NCBI RefSeq assembly: GCF_009834535.1
Contig: NC_045696.1
Location: forward strand, 109,990,001 to 110,054,000
Length of the DNA: 64,000 nucleotides
Origin: Camelus ferus
Taxonomy: Eukaryota
Direction: 5' to 3'
The number at the start of each line of letters is the position of its first letter. Position 1 is the stretch's first letter. The position numbers and the translations under genes were made by a program. This document shows, in pieces, positions 48,071-60,079 of the stretch. Under the pieces are notes generated by a model, which searched no databases, was not told the DNA's origin, and saw only the letters and a program-made list of their open reading frames with translations.

Positions 48071-49436
48071 CTGATACATGATTTTCTGGAATCTCAAAGA
48101 AATGCATTCATAAGTAAATCTTCTGAGGAATAGAGGGATAGATGCCTGTTGAGTTGACATAATCAAAAAGAGGAAAATGAGGTTTATCACAAGATTTGGG
48201 AATGATCTTAATTAGCATCTCAGACCTCTAATCTAGCTCATTTTCATGAGGAGACGGTGGATCTCCTTTTCAACACTCACTAAGGGTTTGGGTTGGCAGT
48301 CATTGACATGGAAGTCCCAGAGCTCAGGAGGGGCCCAGTACTATTGAAAACTTCCTAGTCACAATTTGGGATCCTTAGAAATCCACAGGTGGAAGTTATA
48401 GGTGACAAGAGGCTTAGAGATTTAGTACTTAAGGCTCTGTAATTACTAGTAGCCTCAGATTTACTAGTCAGGGACCTGCCTAGTCACTCTACATGGCAAT
48501 GGATAATTTCACATCATTGTGAGAAGCCAACTAAAAATGACTCAATAAATGATCAGTAACTCACTGGAAACTCTCCCTCCGCCATGAATACTCTTATCGT
48601 GCAAATGCTTGGTTATAAGTTTTTTGGAGGTTTCACCATCCATTCATTCACTCATTCACATATATTCATTTTCTCCATCCCTCTTTTTTTTTTTTTTTTT
48701 TTGCAGAACTGGCTAACATATTTATTTGAGTTCTGAGATCCAGAGCTAATTTACTTATATAATTTTCCTAATTGTAAAGACCTGGGTAGAGGAAGGAAGG
48801 AAGGACAAAAGCAAAGGCTGACACATGGCACATGATGACAGTTGGTGCTTGCCGGCCGGCAGACATCACAGTATGCACTCGTACTTAACAAGTGCAAAAG
48901 CCACTGGGTGGGGACTCCTGTTGACCATAATGCAGGTAATGGATTTCCTGGCAGACATTTATTGTGTGAGGCCCAGTAGTTAATTGGCTCCCAAATCTGA
49001 TCCCAGAAAAGACAATGCTTGGAAAGGTCATCTGGAAATTAGGACAATTTCCAGAATGTACATTATCTTGTAGCTTTCCAAATGCCAGTTTATCATCTTA
49101 TTCCATTCCTCATGGCCTCTTTTCTGAAAATTTGGGTATCTGTTCTTCAGATTCAGAGACAAAACAAATAAGCTGACTGGAAAAAAATGTGAAGCTTTAC
49201 AACAGGGAAGTGAGTATTCAGTAGGTTTCTTTTGTTGGCACCGTTAATATGACTACAGTTCATAATAAAAGAAAAAGTCTTGTTATTAGATCATATCACA
49301 TCATTAGTGAGACTGTGAATATTCACAGCTCTCTGGACTCATTTGGCAGATTCAGGTAAAAATGTTTAGAATACGCTTCCTAGTTTTGAAGTGAAGCAGA
49401 TATGACTTAGGAATCAGTCAATCTTCTGTCCTCTTT

Positions 49437-49578
49437 GTTTTTGTTTTCTCGGGGGAGGTAATTAGGGTTAGTTGTTTATTTAGTATTACTATTTTTGATT
49501 TAACAGAGGTACTAGGGATCGAACCCAGGACCTCCTGCATGCTAAGCATGCCCTTTACCACCGAGCTACACCCTCCCC
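49437..49578 (-). mobile_element. tRNA-derived SINE (vic-1-like), perfect 15-bp TSD
   Basis: TSD TCTTCTGTCCTCTTT at 49422-49436 and 49579-49593. Confidence 0.95.
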
Positions 49579-49642
49579 TCTTCTGTCCTCTTTTTCCCCT
49601 CCACACTCATATTCTTAATGGATTCCACTGCATTCTCTACAA

Positions 49643-49790
49643 CAGTACTTCTCAAACTTTTAGGTCCATATGAGTCTGATTCTATTCAGCATGTTTAGGG
49701 TGATGCCTGGGACTCCGCATTTCCACAAGCTCTCAGGAGACACCAAGACTACTTGGCATTGTGGTCCATGGAACATGTTCTGAGGAGCAG
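49643..49790. mobile_element. MER5-type MITE
   Basis: CAGTACTTCTCAAACTTT...CCTGGGACTCCGCATTTCCACAAGCTCTCAGG. Confidence 0.65.
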
Positions 49791-49799
49791 AGGGTACCT

Positions 49800-50900
49800 T
49801 TCCGTATCACAGCTGCCCTGATCTGGACCTGCATCATCTCGCTGGGCTTTCGTGACAGCTCCCTGGCCCTTTTGTGAACTCTTTCTTCATACTGTCCAAG
49901 AGGCCTTTCTAAAAAATAAACCTGACCCCATCTTTCTCTTCTTACTGCTTCCTTCAGTGGCTCCCTGGTACCTACAGATGAGGTCTCAGCTCCTTAATGA
50001 TGGCCAGTGGGCTCCTTCCTGCAGGCCCTGCACCTTGCCAGTGTCTGTCGCTCTGTATCTTAATCCTGTTGTGCAGTAGCCAGCTTCCCGGGTCTCCTCA
50101 GTGATCCCTGTCTCACGCCCTTGTGTAGTCCCCTCCCATCTTGCACAGGGTTAGCTTGTGTAATCACTAGAATTTTGTGTGACTTCTAAGATTAGGTCAT
50201 GAAAGATATTTTAGCTTTTGCGTTCCTTTCTCTGGGATCATTTACTCCTAGAGAAGCATATGTTGTGTCATGAGGACACATGGGCAGGCCTATCTAGAAA
50301 CTCACATGGTATGGAACTGAGGCCTCCTGCCAACAGCCACGTGAGCGAAACATTTCAGAAGCAGATCCTCCAGCTGCAGTAAAGCCTTCAGATACCTGCA
50401 GCCCCAGCTGATGCCTTGACTGCAACCAGAGGAGGGGCTTTGAGCTAGAACCCTTTAGATAAGTCACTCTCAAATTCCTAACTCACAGAAACTGTGAGAT
50501 CATAAGTATTTGTTGCTTTAAGCCACTAAGTTTTGGGGGTAATTTGTTGTGCAGCTATATGCTGGCCCCCTTTTTAGGAAAACTTTTCATCTGGATAACT
50601 TCTATTCATCCTTTGAGACCCAGATCTGCAGATGCTTCCTCCAGGAAGGCTTCCTTCAGGAAAGCTTCTGTGACCTCTCCCCTCAAGATATGGCCAGATG
50701 CCTCTTCTTAGGGCTGCCATGATGCTGTAGACATGTCTCCGTCCCTGTATTTATCATAATGTCTAGTCATTATTTATATGTCCCACTAGACGGTGAGCTC
50801 CTTAGAGGCAGAGGACTGTGCCATTGTGGTATCCTGAGTGCTAATCATAGCACCTGGAACATAGTAGGCATGTATATATGTTGGAATGAACAAATGATCA
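49800..50900 (+). mobile_element. L2 split by a MaLR LTR
   Basis: CCTTCAGTGGCTCCC... before the LTR; TCCTCCAGGAAGGCTTCC...CCCACTAGACGGTGAGCTCCTTAGAGGCAG...TGTTGGAATGAA after it. Confidence 0.7.
50105..50560 (+). mobile_element. MaLR LTR (MLT1E/F-like)
   Basis: GATTAGGTCATGAAAGA...GGAACTGAGGCCTCCTGCCAACAGCCACGTGAG...ACTCACAGAAACTGTGAGAT...TTTAAGCCACTAAGTTTTGGGG. Confidence 0.85.
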
Positions 50901-51136
50901 AATGTCAACTGCCCTGGAATCATGACTTTATATCCTTTCACCTTGGAAGTTCTTTAAGCACCCGCCACTACTTGCTTGACCTCCCATCTCACACACACCA
51001 GCTATGACTCAATCCACTGACTGCTTAATTTCCAGTTTTTTACCACATCACTCATCCACTGAGTCACTTCAGTGGCTCTTAACCAGAAGATCACATCAGA
51101 ATCACATGTGGAGATTTAAAAGAATACATACATCTC

Positions 51137-52953
51137 TTTTTTTGTTATACTTTATTATTTAAAAATTATTATTTTTTTACTTTTATTATAGTTGATTTAA
51201 CATTGTGTTAGTTTCAGGTGTACAGCAAAGTGATTCATGTATATATATTCTTTTCTATTATATATTATTACAAGATATTGAATGTAGTTCCCTGTGCTAT
51301 GCAATAGGACCTTATTTATCTATTTTGTATATAGTAGTTTGCGTCTGTTAAACCCCAAATCATAATTTATCCCTTCCCTCCCTTTCCCCTTTGGTAACCA
51401 TAAGGTTTTTTTCTATGTCTGTGAGTCTATTTCTGTTTTAGAAATAAGTTCATTTGTACTATTTTTTTTTTTTTAGAATCCACATATACTGATTTTATAT
51501 GCTCATCTTTCCCTGTCTGACTTCTTTCACTTAATATGATAATCTCTAGGTCCATTACACACACACACCCATCCCATATCCTCTTTATCCATTTATCTGC
51601 TGATGGACATTTAGGTTGCTTCCATGTCTTGGCTACTGTAAATAGTACTGCTATAAACATTGGAGTGCGTATGTCTTTTTGAGTTAGTTTCCTCTTGATA
51701 TATGTCCAGGAGTAGGACTGCTGGATTATATGGTAGTTTATTTTTAGTTTTTTAAGAAACCTCCACCTCCATACTGTCCTCCATAGTGGCTGAACCAATT
51801 TACATTCCCACCAACAGTGTAAGAGGGTTCCCTTTTCTCTACATCCTCTCTAGCATTTACCATTTGTGGACTTTTTAATGATGGCCATTCTGACTGGTGT
51901 GAGGGGATACCTCATTGTGGTTTTCATTTGCATTTCTCTTGATAATTAGCAAGACTGAGCATCTTGTCATATGTCTATTGGATATTTGTATGTCTTCATT
52001 GGAGAATTTCTTGTTTAAGTCTTCTGCCCATTTTTTGATTGAGTTATTTGCTTTTCTGATAATTAACTTCTATGAACAATTTGTATATTTTGGAAATTAA
52101 TCTCTTGTTGATCACATTATTTGCAAATATTTTCTCCCATTCCATAGGTTGTCTTTTCCTTTGCTGGGCAAAAGCTTATAAGTTTACGTAGGCCCCATTT
52201 ATTTATTTTTGCTTCTATTTCCATTACTCTAGGAGATGGATCAAAAATATATTGCTGCAATTTATGTCAAAGAGTATTCTGCTTATGTTTTCCTCTAGGA
52301 GTTTTAGAGTATCCAGTCTTACATGTAAGTCTTTAATCCATTTTGAGTTGATATTAGTATACGGTGCTAGAGAATGTTGTAATTTCATTCTTTTACGTGT
52401 AGCTGTCCAATTTTCCCACAACCACTTTATTGAAGAGACTGTCTACTCGCCATTGTATATTCTTGCCTTCTTTGCTGTAGATTAATTGACCATAAACACG
52501 TGGATTTATTTCTGGTCTTTCTATCCTGTTCTATTGATCTATGTGTCTGTTTTTTTTTTGTGCCAGTACCATACTGTTTTCTTTACTGTAGCTTTGTAGT
52601 ATAGTCTGAAGTCAGGGAGCATGATTCCTTCAGCTCCATTCTTCTTTCTCAAGATTGTTTGGCTTTTGGGGTCTTTTTTTGTCCTAGTTCTGTGAAAAAT
52701 GTCATTGGTAATTTGATAGGGATTGCACTGAATCTGTAGATTGTCTTGGGTAAAGTGGTCATTTTAACTATATTGATTCTTCCAATCCAATCACTCTAAA
52801 CTTCCCTCTTAGAACTACTTTTGCTGTGTGCCCGAGGTTTTGGATCACCATGTTTTCATTTTCATTTGTCTCTAGGTGTTTTTTGATTTCCTCTTTGATT
52901 TCTTCAGTGATCCATTGGTTGTTTTGTAGCATATTGTTTAGTCTCCACATTTT
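51137..52953 (-). mobile_element. L1 (5'-truncated, internally deleted ORF2) inserted into a MER5 MITE
   Basis: 3' UTR; ORF2 C-terminal motifs (QPLWRTVW, PMFIAVLFTVAKTWKQPKCP, WENWTAT); 5' block WRLNNML..QWITEEIKEEIKK; MER5 halves at 51069-51135 and ~52985-53098. Confidence 0.95.
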
Positions 52954-53656
52954 TCACACACCTATATCGTATATACATGATATGTATTCCAGTCCTGCCC
53001 CCAGAGATTCTGATCCACTCGTTATGAGGTGAGCTCCAGACATGCACATTTTAAAAGTCTCCAGAGGTGACTTTTCATACCCAAGTTGATATCCACTAAT
53101 TTACTGATGTTGAATTTATATGCAAAATGGAGGTTACAAGAACATAAGATTACTAAAACAAACCAACAATAAAAAACCCCAAACTCTTAAATATAGGGAA
53201 TAAGAACAAGTGATGGTAGGGAATGAATATAACACCTGGAAATCTAGGCTAGGGAAACTACTGCAAGTTAACCAAAACATTTTTTAGAGCTTCCTTGGAG
53301 CCAAGACAAAAAGAGATTTGAATGGATTACACAACTGTCTGCGTATGAATTTGTCAGTAAAGACAACTTTTACCCTGGTATTGAATTATAAGAGGAATTA
53401 TCTCACACGTCTTTACATAAGAGGCATTGTACAACTCAATGAGCAAAGTCTTTGATACTTTTTCCTTAAAACAAAAAGGGAAGGAAACTTTTGCACACAG
53501 CTACTTTCAACAAAAGCCAAAAGCATAATGTTAAATTCTAGGGTGGTGAAGGTATCTCTATGAAGAGCCAAATAATAAAATATGTAGCTACCTTGTCATC
53601 TGCCTTGATGTAAGAAAATCACAAAACCCATTAATTTTCCCATCCCATTAATTTTC

Positions 53657-53899
53657 TTTCTTTTTTTTTTTAAATTGAAGTAGTCAGTTACAATGTGTCA
53701 ATTTCTGGTGTACAGCACAGTGTCCCAGTCATGCATATACATACATATATTCATTTTCATATTCTTTTTCATTAAAGGTTATTATAAGATACTGAATATA
53801 GCTCCCTGTGGTATACAGAAGAAATTTATTTTTTAATCTATTTTTATATATAGTGATTAACATTTGCAAATCTCAAACTCCCAAATTTATCCCTTTCCA
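53657..53899 (-). mobile_element. L1 3' end
   Basis: Poly-T then TTGAAGTAGTCAGTTACAATGTGTCAATTTCTGGTGTACAGC; TSD CCCATT(A/C)ATTTTC. Confidence 0.92.
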
Positions 53900-54689
53900 C
53901 CCATTCATTTTCAATAGTCTTACTTGGGCTTTTTGTAGGAGCTCAGCATCTCTCTACTCCCTAAGTCCAAACTTGGGATATTCTCCCGACGCAGCTCTGC
54001 TTGCCAAGGATGGATGGTGGAGACAGAATGTGTAGGTATGGAATGAACGCTAACCACCTTGGTTCACAAAGGCTCCTACACCCAGGGCTCAGGATCACTG
54101 CACTGCAGTGTCAGCAAGTGATGCAAGGATAGATATACTACATCTATGAGTGCTGCACTGTAGCCCAGGCCACAGTGACCACATCCAACCCAAGCACGTG
54201 TTTTGTCTACCAACAGGTTGGGAGCTCAAGGACAAGTTTTTAAATTGAATTACTTCAAAACTTCAAGGTAAAGCATCAAACCTCATGGGCATACAGAATA
54301 TTAGGGACAGGAAGGAGCAGCTGTCTAGAGGGAGTAAGTTGAAAAAAGAACATATAAGCAAAGGAGCCTGCCTTGCCTGTCTGGCTGTGATGACTCCTAA
54401 GGGATCCATGCCAATTTGGTCCATCCAGGGATACTCAAACTTTGAATAATGGTCAAGTGGTCAGTGAGGTGTCAAACAGCCAGCCACCACACTCATGGTT
54501 CTCTTTGCCAAACACAAAGGGCAGCTTTGGGCATCACAGAAAAGCGCTAGGACTCTAGGTGCAGACTGGGAAATGACTGGGGTCCTAAAAAGATACTCTG
54601 TGCCATTAATATTTCAGAAAGCTTGCAAAGGTTGGGGAGTTCAGAGATATGCTTGCAAGTTCTGATTCACATGTGAAGGGACATTCTGG

Positions 54690-54865
54690 CAGGGCCGTCC
54701 GATAGAACTTGCTGCGACTGATAGACCTAGTCTATGCTCACAGTGTCTGATATGATGCTGCTAGTGACATGAGGCTACTGAGAATTCCAAACTGTACTTA
54801 ACTTCAGTTCATCTAAATTTCGATCACCACACGTGTGTAAGTGGTTCTCATACTGGACAGCACAA
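54690..54865 (+). mobile_element. MER3 MITE
   Basis: GTCCGATAGAACTT...CACACGTGTG...GTGGTTCTCATACTGGACAGCAC. Confidence 0.65.
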
Positions 54866-55239
54866 TTCCATCTGGTGTAGACCAAACTGCCTCTCCTCTG
54901 GGGAGGCTAAGTAAGGCTCTTGACTTCATCTGCTGGGTGAGGGTTTACCCCAAGTAAGTCTACATGTTCCACGGAGGACCTGGTCGTGATGTGTGCCCTG
55001 AGAGCTTTGGCAGTGGTCCTGATCAAATAACTTCAAGCCTTGGGGGAGAGCAACCCTTCAGCTGTCCTGGGTCTCTGGGTGCCATTAAAAATCAATTTGT
55101 CGAAAGATCGCTAGGAAATGAGGACAGAGACATCAGAGTTAAAAATACTACCTTACATCTGAACAGCAAAAGCAGCAGAAACATAACTAGACTTCAGCAG
55201 GCACTGTGGTAAGTACTTTCCTGTTGTCGTTAATAATGT

Positions 55240-55705
55240 GACTTGGTTTTCCCAACCTGCATTCCACCTTCCTCCTAGCTGGAGAGGTTCAAGAGCTTGT
55301 AATCATGTTTCCCAGGCTCCTGTGCGTGGCAGTGCTCTGGATGTGTGCTACATGCTTGTGGAAGACCTGGGAGGCAGAAGAGACCGAGAGGCCACTGTGC
55401 TGTTTCTACAGCTGCTGGCAGGTCAGCTCCTGCTCAGAATGAGAAGCAGGGAGGCAGCTGCATTCAACATTTCAGTATCCTGGTAGCTGCTTTGTTGGTC
55501 CGTAGAAATGACTATGGTGGATGCTGTGGTGGTCTCTGACCCCTGGATTGCTGCTACACTGGTGTGTCTTTGGACCTAACAGTTCCTGACTTCTACTGTC
55601 CCAGCTTTCCAATAGTTTAGCAAGCACTTAATTGTTTATATGCAGTTCCTTTCTGCTTGAACTACTACAGTGATGTCTGCTCCCTGCACTGTCTTCCTGA
55701 TCAGC
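55240..55705 (+). mobile_element. ERVL-type LTR (LTR33-like), apparently inside a MIR
   Basis: CATGTTTCCCAGGCTCC...; 3' end TTCCTTTCTGCTTGAACTAC...GTCTGCTCCCTGCAC...CCTGA. Confidence 0.55.
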
Positions 55706-57998
55706 ACACCTGCATTATCTCATTTAGTGCCCCCAGCTACCCTCTAAGGTAGGTTACTTCACATTGCCTGTTCTACAGATAATCATCAAGTCCAGTTCTG
55801 TTTGTGATAAGTGCTTTGCACATTCATGGTCTCATCTTTTTCTCCAAACCAATCTAGACCTATATCATAAACTATATATATATATAAAGCAGGGTGTGTT
55901 CTTAGAACATCAATGCTTCTTTTTGTGATGAATTTGTACCCCAAAAAGAAAGGGACAAAATGTAATGGCAACTTGAAGAGGATGATGTTATCTTTGGTAG
56001 AACATGGTGCTGTCACCTGTGGACATGAATTCAGTCCCAAGTTAGCTGTGTCCCTACTGAGAGAGTCAGAGCTCCCAGTTCATAGAGGAAGTCTCTAACC
56101 ATAGACATGCAGCTACAAATGAGGTTCTTGCTTAAGAGCAACCTGGACAACAGAATGTGGACGGCTCAAGTGACCTAAGACCACCTGGGAGGCCAACCTA
56201 AAGGACAGCCTTCTTTGGGTGAATCAGTACTGTTACCTATTTCAATAAAGTCGAGTATCTAAACTCTGTGAATTTTCACCTCCAGATCCCCAATACTCCA
56301 TAGCTCACCAGTTATTCTCTTTGTAGGATGAGCTATTGACCACTCCGTGGACATAACGAGTACCTGCTCTGAAACAGTTCTTTTTCAGGCTTGAGAGGAG
56401 GAAAACAACCGTTGCTAGACTGGCTGTGACTTGGTAGCGGCTCTCCCCACTCACCCTCTAAAAGTGGTCGTGTGATCTGAAGGTTAGCACGACAGACTGA
56501 CTTCTCCAACTTGGCCAAACGCTGCCTGCAAGCTTTGATTACCATTTGTGGATTATCTGTATCCTTCTCACCCTTCTGTTGCTAACTTTGGGCCATTTGA
56601 TTGTTTAAAAGTCTATCCTTCCAGAGGCTGGAATTCATGAATAACAGAATTCAAACTTAAACCAGTGAATTTGACTTTTTAGTATCATTAGGGTCCTCTA
56701 AATATGTCACTCTGAGAGCTTCTTTTCATCCTCCTAATGAGTCAAATAGTAAGGATGCAGTATTCAGGGGCTTGGGGAAGGTCAAATTTTAAGAATTTAT
56801 AAGATTCCATTTTTGTTTGGCTTTTTCTTTTTCACCACAAAAATCTACATGGAATTGAGTCATTTTCAAATTTAAGTGAAAGATACTATTACACAGAAAT
56901 TCTTTGAGGGAAGTAAACACAAGATTATAAACTACTCATTTAAACCAATGAATCAGCTGTTATTATCAGTAAATACTCTTCCATGTTTCTCTTTTAATAA
57001 CTCAATTTTGTGAATTCATCTATGAACCAGGACACTTTCAGATCCACGAAGAAATTTCACCGTTAAACTCGTAAGCCAGATTCTCCAAGCACTGTAAAGG
57101 CTTACCTTACACTAACTGCAATTAGAACAGAACGGTCATGTAGTAAACAGCACCATATATAGCACACCAGAAGAACTGAAAGGGCTTTCAAAGGCAGCAA
57201 ACATTCAAGAAATAACTTAGCTTCAGATGTCACAAATGTTCCTTGCTACTTACTTGCTTATGCAGAAAATGGAACTCAGCTCATTTCTCACTTGTCACTC
57301 CAATTCATTCCCTCTGATTTACCACCATAGCATTTTGATTATTATTCTCAAGAAACTATAAGCATTTCTAGTTTGCCACTGTCTGGAGTTCCTGTAACTT
57401 CTGTGCTCTTTACCTCATCTAGGGTATTCTCAACAGGTCAGAAACTGCATGGGGGCAAAAAGCAATTGGCTTTTCATAAACCATCAGCTATGATGTAAGT
57501 CATCAAAGAACTTAACAAAAATGCAGAAGGCTTAAGTATTTCAAATGGAGGATCTCATTTTCATCCCATTAGCAAGGTATTCAGGACAATTTGTTTTATA
57601 ACCATAAACCAAGCGTCCATTCTCAAGAGATTTAGAAACAACATGCTTGGTAATAAAAGGATTCTATTTGGAAATTTTGTTGATTTCTGCAAAACAACTC
57701 TTGTGTGAAAGGGGTATGATGACTGGACTGCAAGTTCTCTGAAGGCAGCAACCACATCGCCTGCTTGTATGACACACTGTGAGTACTTACTAAATATCTG
57801 ATAAACTGAATTCTCAGAATCCACAAGTATTAGAACACTCTTACCTCTCTAACTATAGTCAGTAACCTTGGGGATAGGGCTCCCTGCTTTCCCCAGGCCC
57901 ACTGTCTGGGTTGGTGGGCTCACAAAAACCTAAAGCAGTGAAGAGGAAAGCTCAGTGCTGTCTCTCTTTCCCCGTTTTTGTTTGAACAATCTTTCTTT

Positions 57999-58012
57999 GT
58001 TACTATGGTAAC
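57999..58012. promoter_or_regulatory. RFX X-box motif
   Basis: GTTACTATGGTAAC, one mismatch from the palindrome GTTACCATGGTAAC. Confidence 0.5.
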
Positions 58013-59730
58013 GCCTGTATCAGGATGCTCTGTAAATGAAAGTGGGAAGGAGGAGCTCATGAGTGATGCAGTTCATAGAGAAATCTGCCCAGAGGGCAAC
58101 CTTTGGCAATCTGCAAAGCTTGTGCATGTCCCATTTTATAATAAATGCATTTAAATAATACATGACACTATATAAAGCAGATACAATATGTTGAAACAGA
58201 GACCCACTGAACCCAGGAAAACTGCATTAAGTAGGAGATTATAAGTAAGTGAATATTTTAAGACATTTGAAAAAAATACCAGAAGGAATTTAGTCCATAG
58301 ATAAGACATTTTCTCATTTCGGCATGTAAAGGTCACAGCTGTGGAATTCCAAAGATGAGAACATGAGGCTACGCTCAGTGGAGGCTGGACGTGAGCCTGG
58401 CACCTGATCTGAACGGTGAGCACACTGGTTACTGCAGTCAAAAGGGCAGGGAAAAACCACTGAAACAAAGGCCTCTGTTAGTGATTCTTTTCCTCGACAT
58501 GTGCAACTGTAAGGCTGTGTAGAGATGGGGACGAGAAAAGGGCATGTGGTGACTGACGCTTGAGGAACAAAGTCCAGTTTCTCCATACTACTGCACTGGG
58601 CTGAAGGCAGTTTATTAAAACCCAAGCGGGCAATGCTTCTGCCCACCAGAATTAGGCGCTATAATGCCTTAGGAAACCTTCTATCCTGCAGATAATGTTG
58701 TGTGAGGACATAGGAAGAAGGCTGCTGTGGCTTCTTGATTTATGACTTCATTAAAATGTTTGGGCTTCAAACCTCCATCAACGTTTATTGGAATTAACAG
58801 CTTCTTAAAATGGAAATATTCAGTGATAAATGCATGCAGCTTGAATCTTGTGAGAGGGGGAAAAATAGGACACTTTAGGCACCCTTTATATTCCTCCAGG
58901 AAGAGTAGTCCTTTCTACCACTATAAACTAGTAAGTATCAGGAACGAGTAGGTGAGAAGAGGTAAGTGAGAGCATGAAGAGAACAAAGACAACTCTCAGC
59001 CAGGAAGAGTGGGGATGCCGGCACACTTTCAGAAATGCATGAAGGAAAAGGAAATTGTTCCTGCTTAGAGATGACAACCAGCTCAGAGATCAAAGGGCTG
59101 CTGTGTCTACTGCAGACTTGGTATCCATAGAGATGGTAATTCAAGGATGTAACTTTCAGAGGGGCTGTTTGTGAAGATATCTGTGAGGACAAAGGGATAT
59201 GGGCTTCCTAAGTAGCTCTCACTCATCTTTCTGTATGCACAGCACCTAGCTACATCTAGCATATACTAACACATTTATTTGCTGAATAAATGAATGAAAC
59301 AGCCACCACTTCCAAAGAGAGCCCTAATTCCTTCCTTGTGGTTTCTCGCTGTCCATTCATTCAGACTATCCCAGGATCTAGAGCTGATGTGGTTATTGCC
59401 ATCAGCACCAAACTCAACAAAGTCTCACTCATCCCTTTCTTTATCAATTCAAGTAGCTCAAACAATTAATGGGGGTTTAACCCAAACTTCTTGCTCTTGT
59501 TCACTTCTGTGTACCTTACCTCGTTCCACTGGGCCTCCCACTCTCCACACTCCAGCCACAACTGGCCATCTTGCTGTTCATTAACAATGACAAGTGTGTC
59601 CCCACCTCAGGGCCTTTGTCCTTTTTGTCCTTCTAGCTGGGATGTTCTTTTTTATTTACCTTGGCAGGGCAGGTTGCTTCTTTTCACTCAGATTTCAGTC
59701 TAATGTTACCTACTCTGAGATGCCTTTCTT

Positions 59731-60079
59731 TTTTTTTTTTTTTAATTGAAGTACAGTCAGTTACAATGTGTCAATTTCTGGTGTTCAGCACAATGTCCCA
59801 GTCTTAAATATACATACATATATTCGTTTTCATATTCTTTTTCATTATAGGTTACTACAAGATATTGAATACAGTTCCCTGTGCTACACAGAAGAAACTC
59901 TTTTTAAAATCTATTTTTATATATAGTGGTTAACATTTGCAAATCTCAGACTCTCAAATTTATCCCTTCCCACCCCCTTTCCCTGGTAACCATAAGATTG
60001 TTTATTATGTCTGCCAGTCTGTTTCTGTGGAATCTAAAAAAAAAAAGAAAGAAAGAAAGAAAGAAAGAAAAGGACACTA
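59731..60079 (-). mobile_element. L1 3' end with 5' inversion and 15-bp TSD
   Basis: Antisense L1 3' end 59731-60028, sense segment 60026-60082, TSD TGAGATGCCTTTCTT at 59716-59730 and 60080-60094. Confidence 0.93.
60036..60071. repeat. A-run/(GAAA)n microsatellite inside the L1 segment
   Basis: AAAAAAAAAAA GAAA x6. Confidence 0.9.

Noticed and set aside
54103..54163. pre-miRNA-like hairpin (CTGCAGTGTCAGCA...TGCTGCACTGTAG)
   Set aside because: Large asymmetric internal loop and no match to any miRNA I recall.
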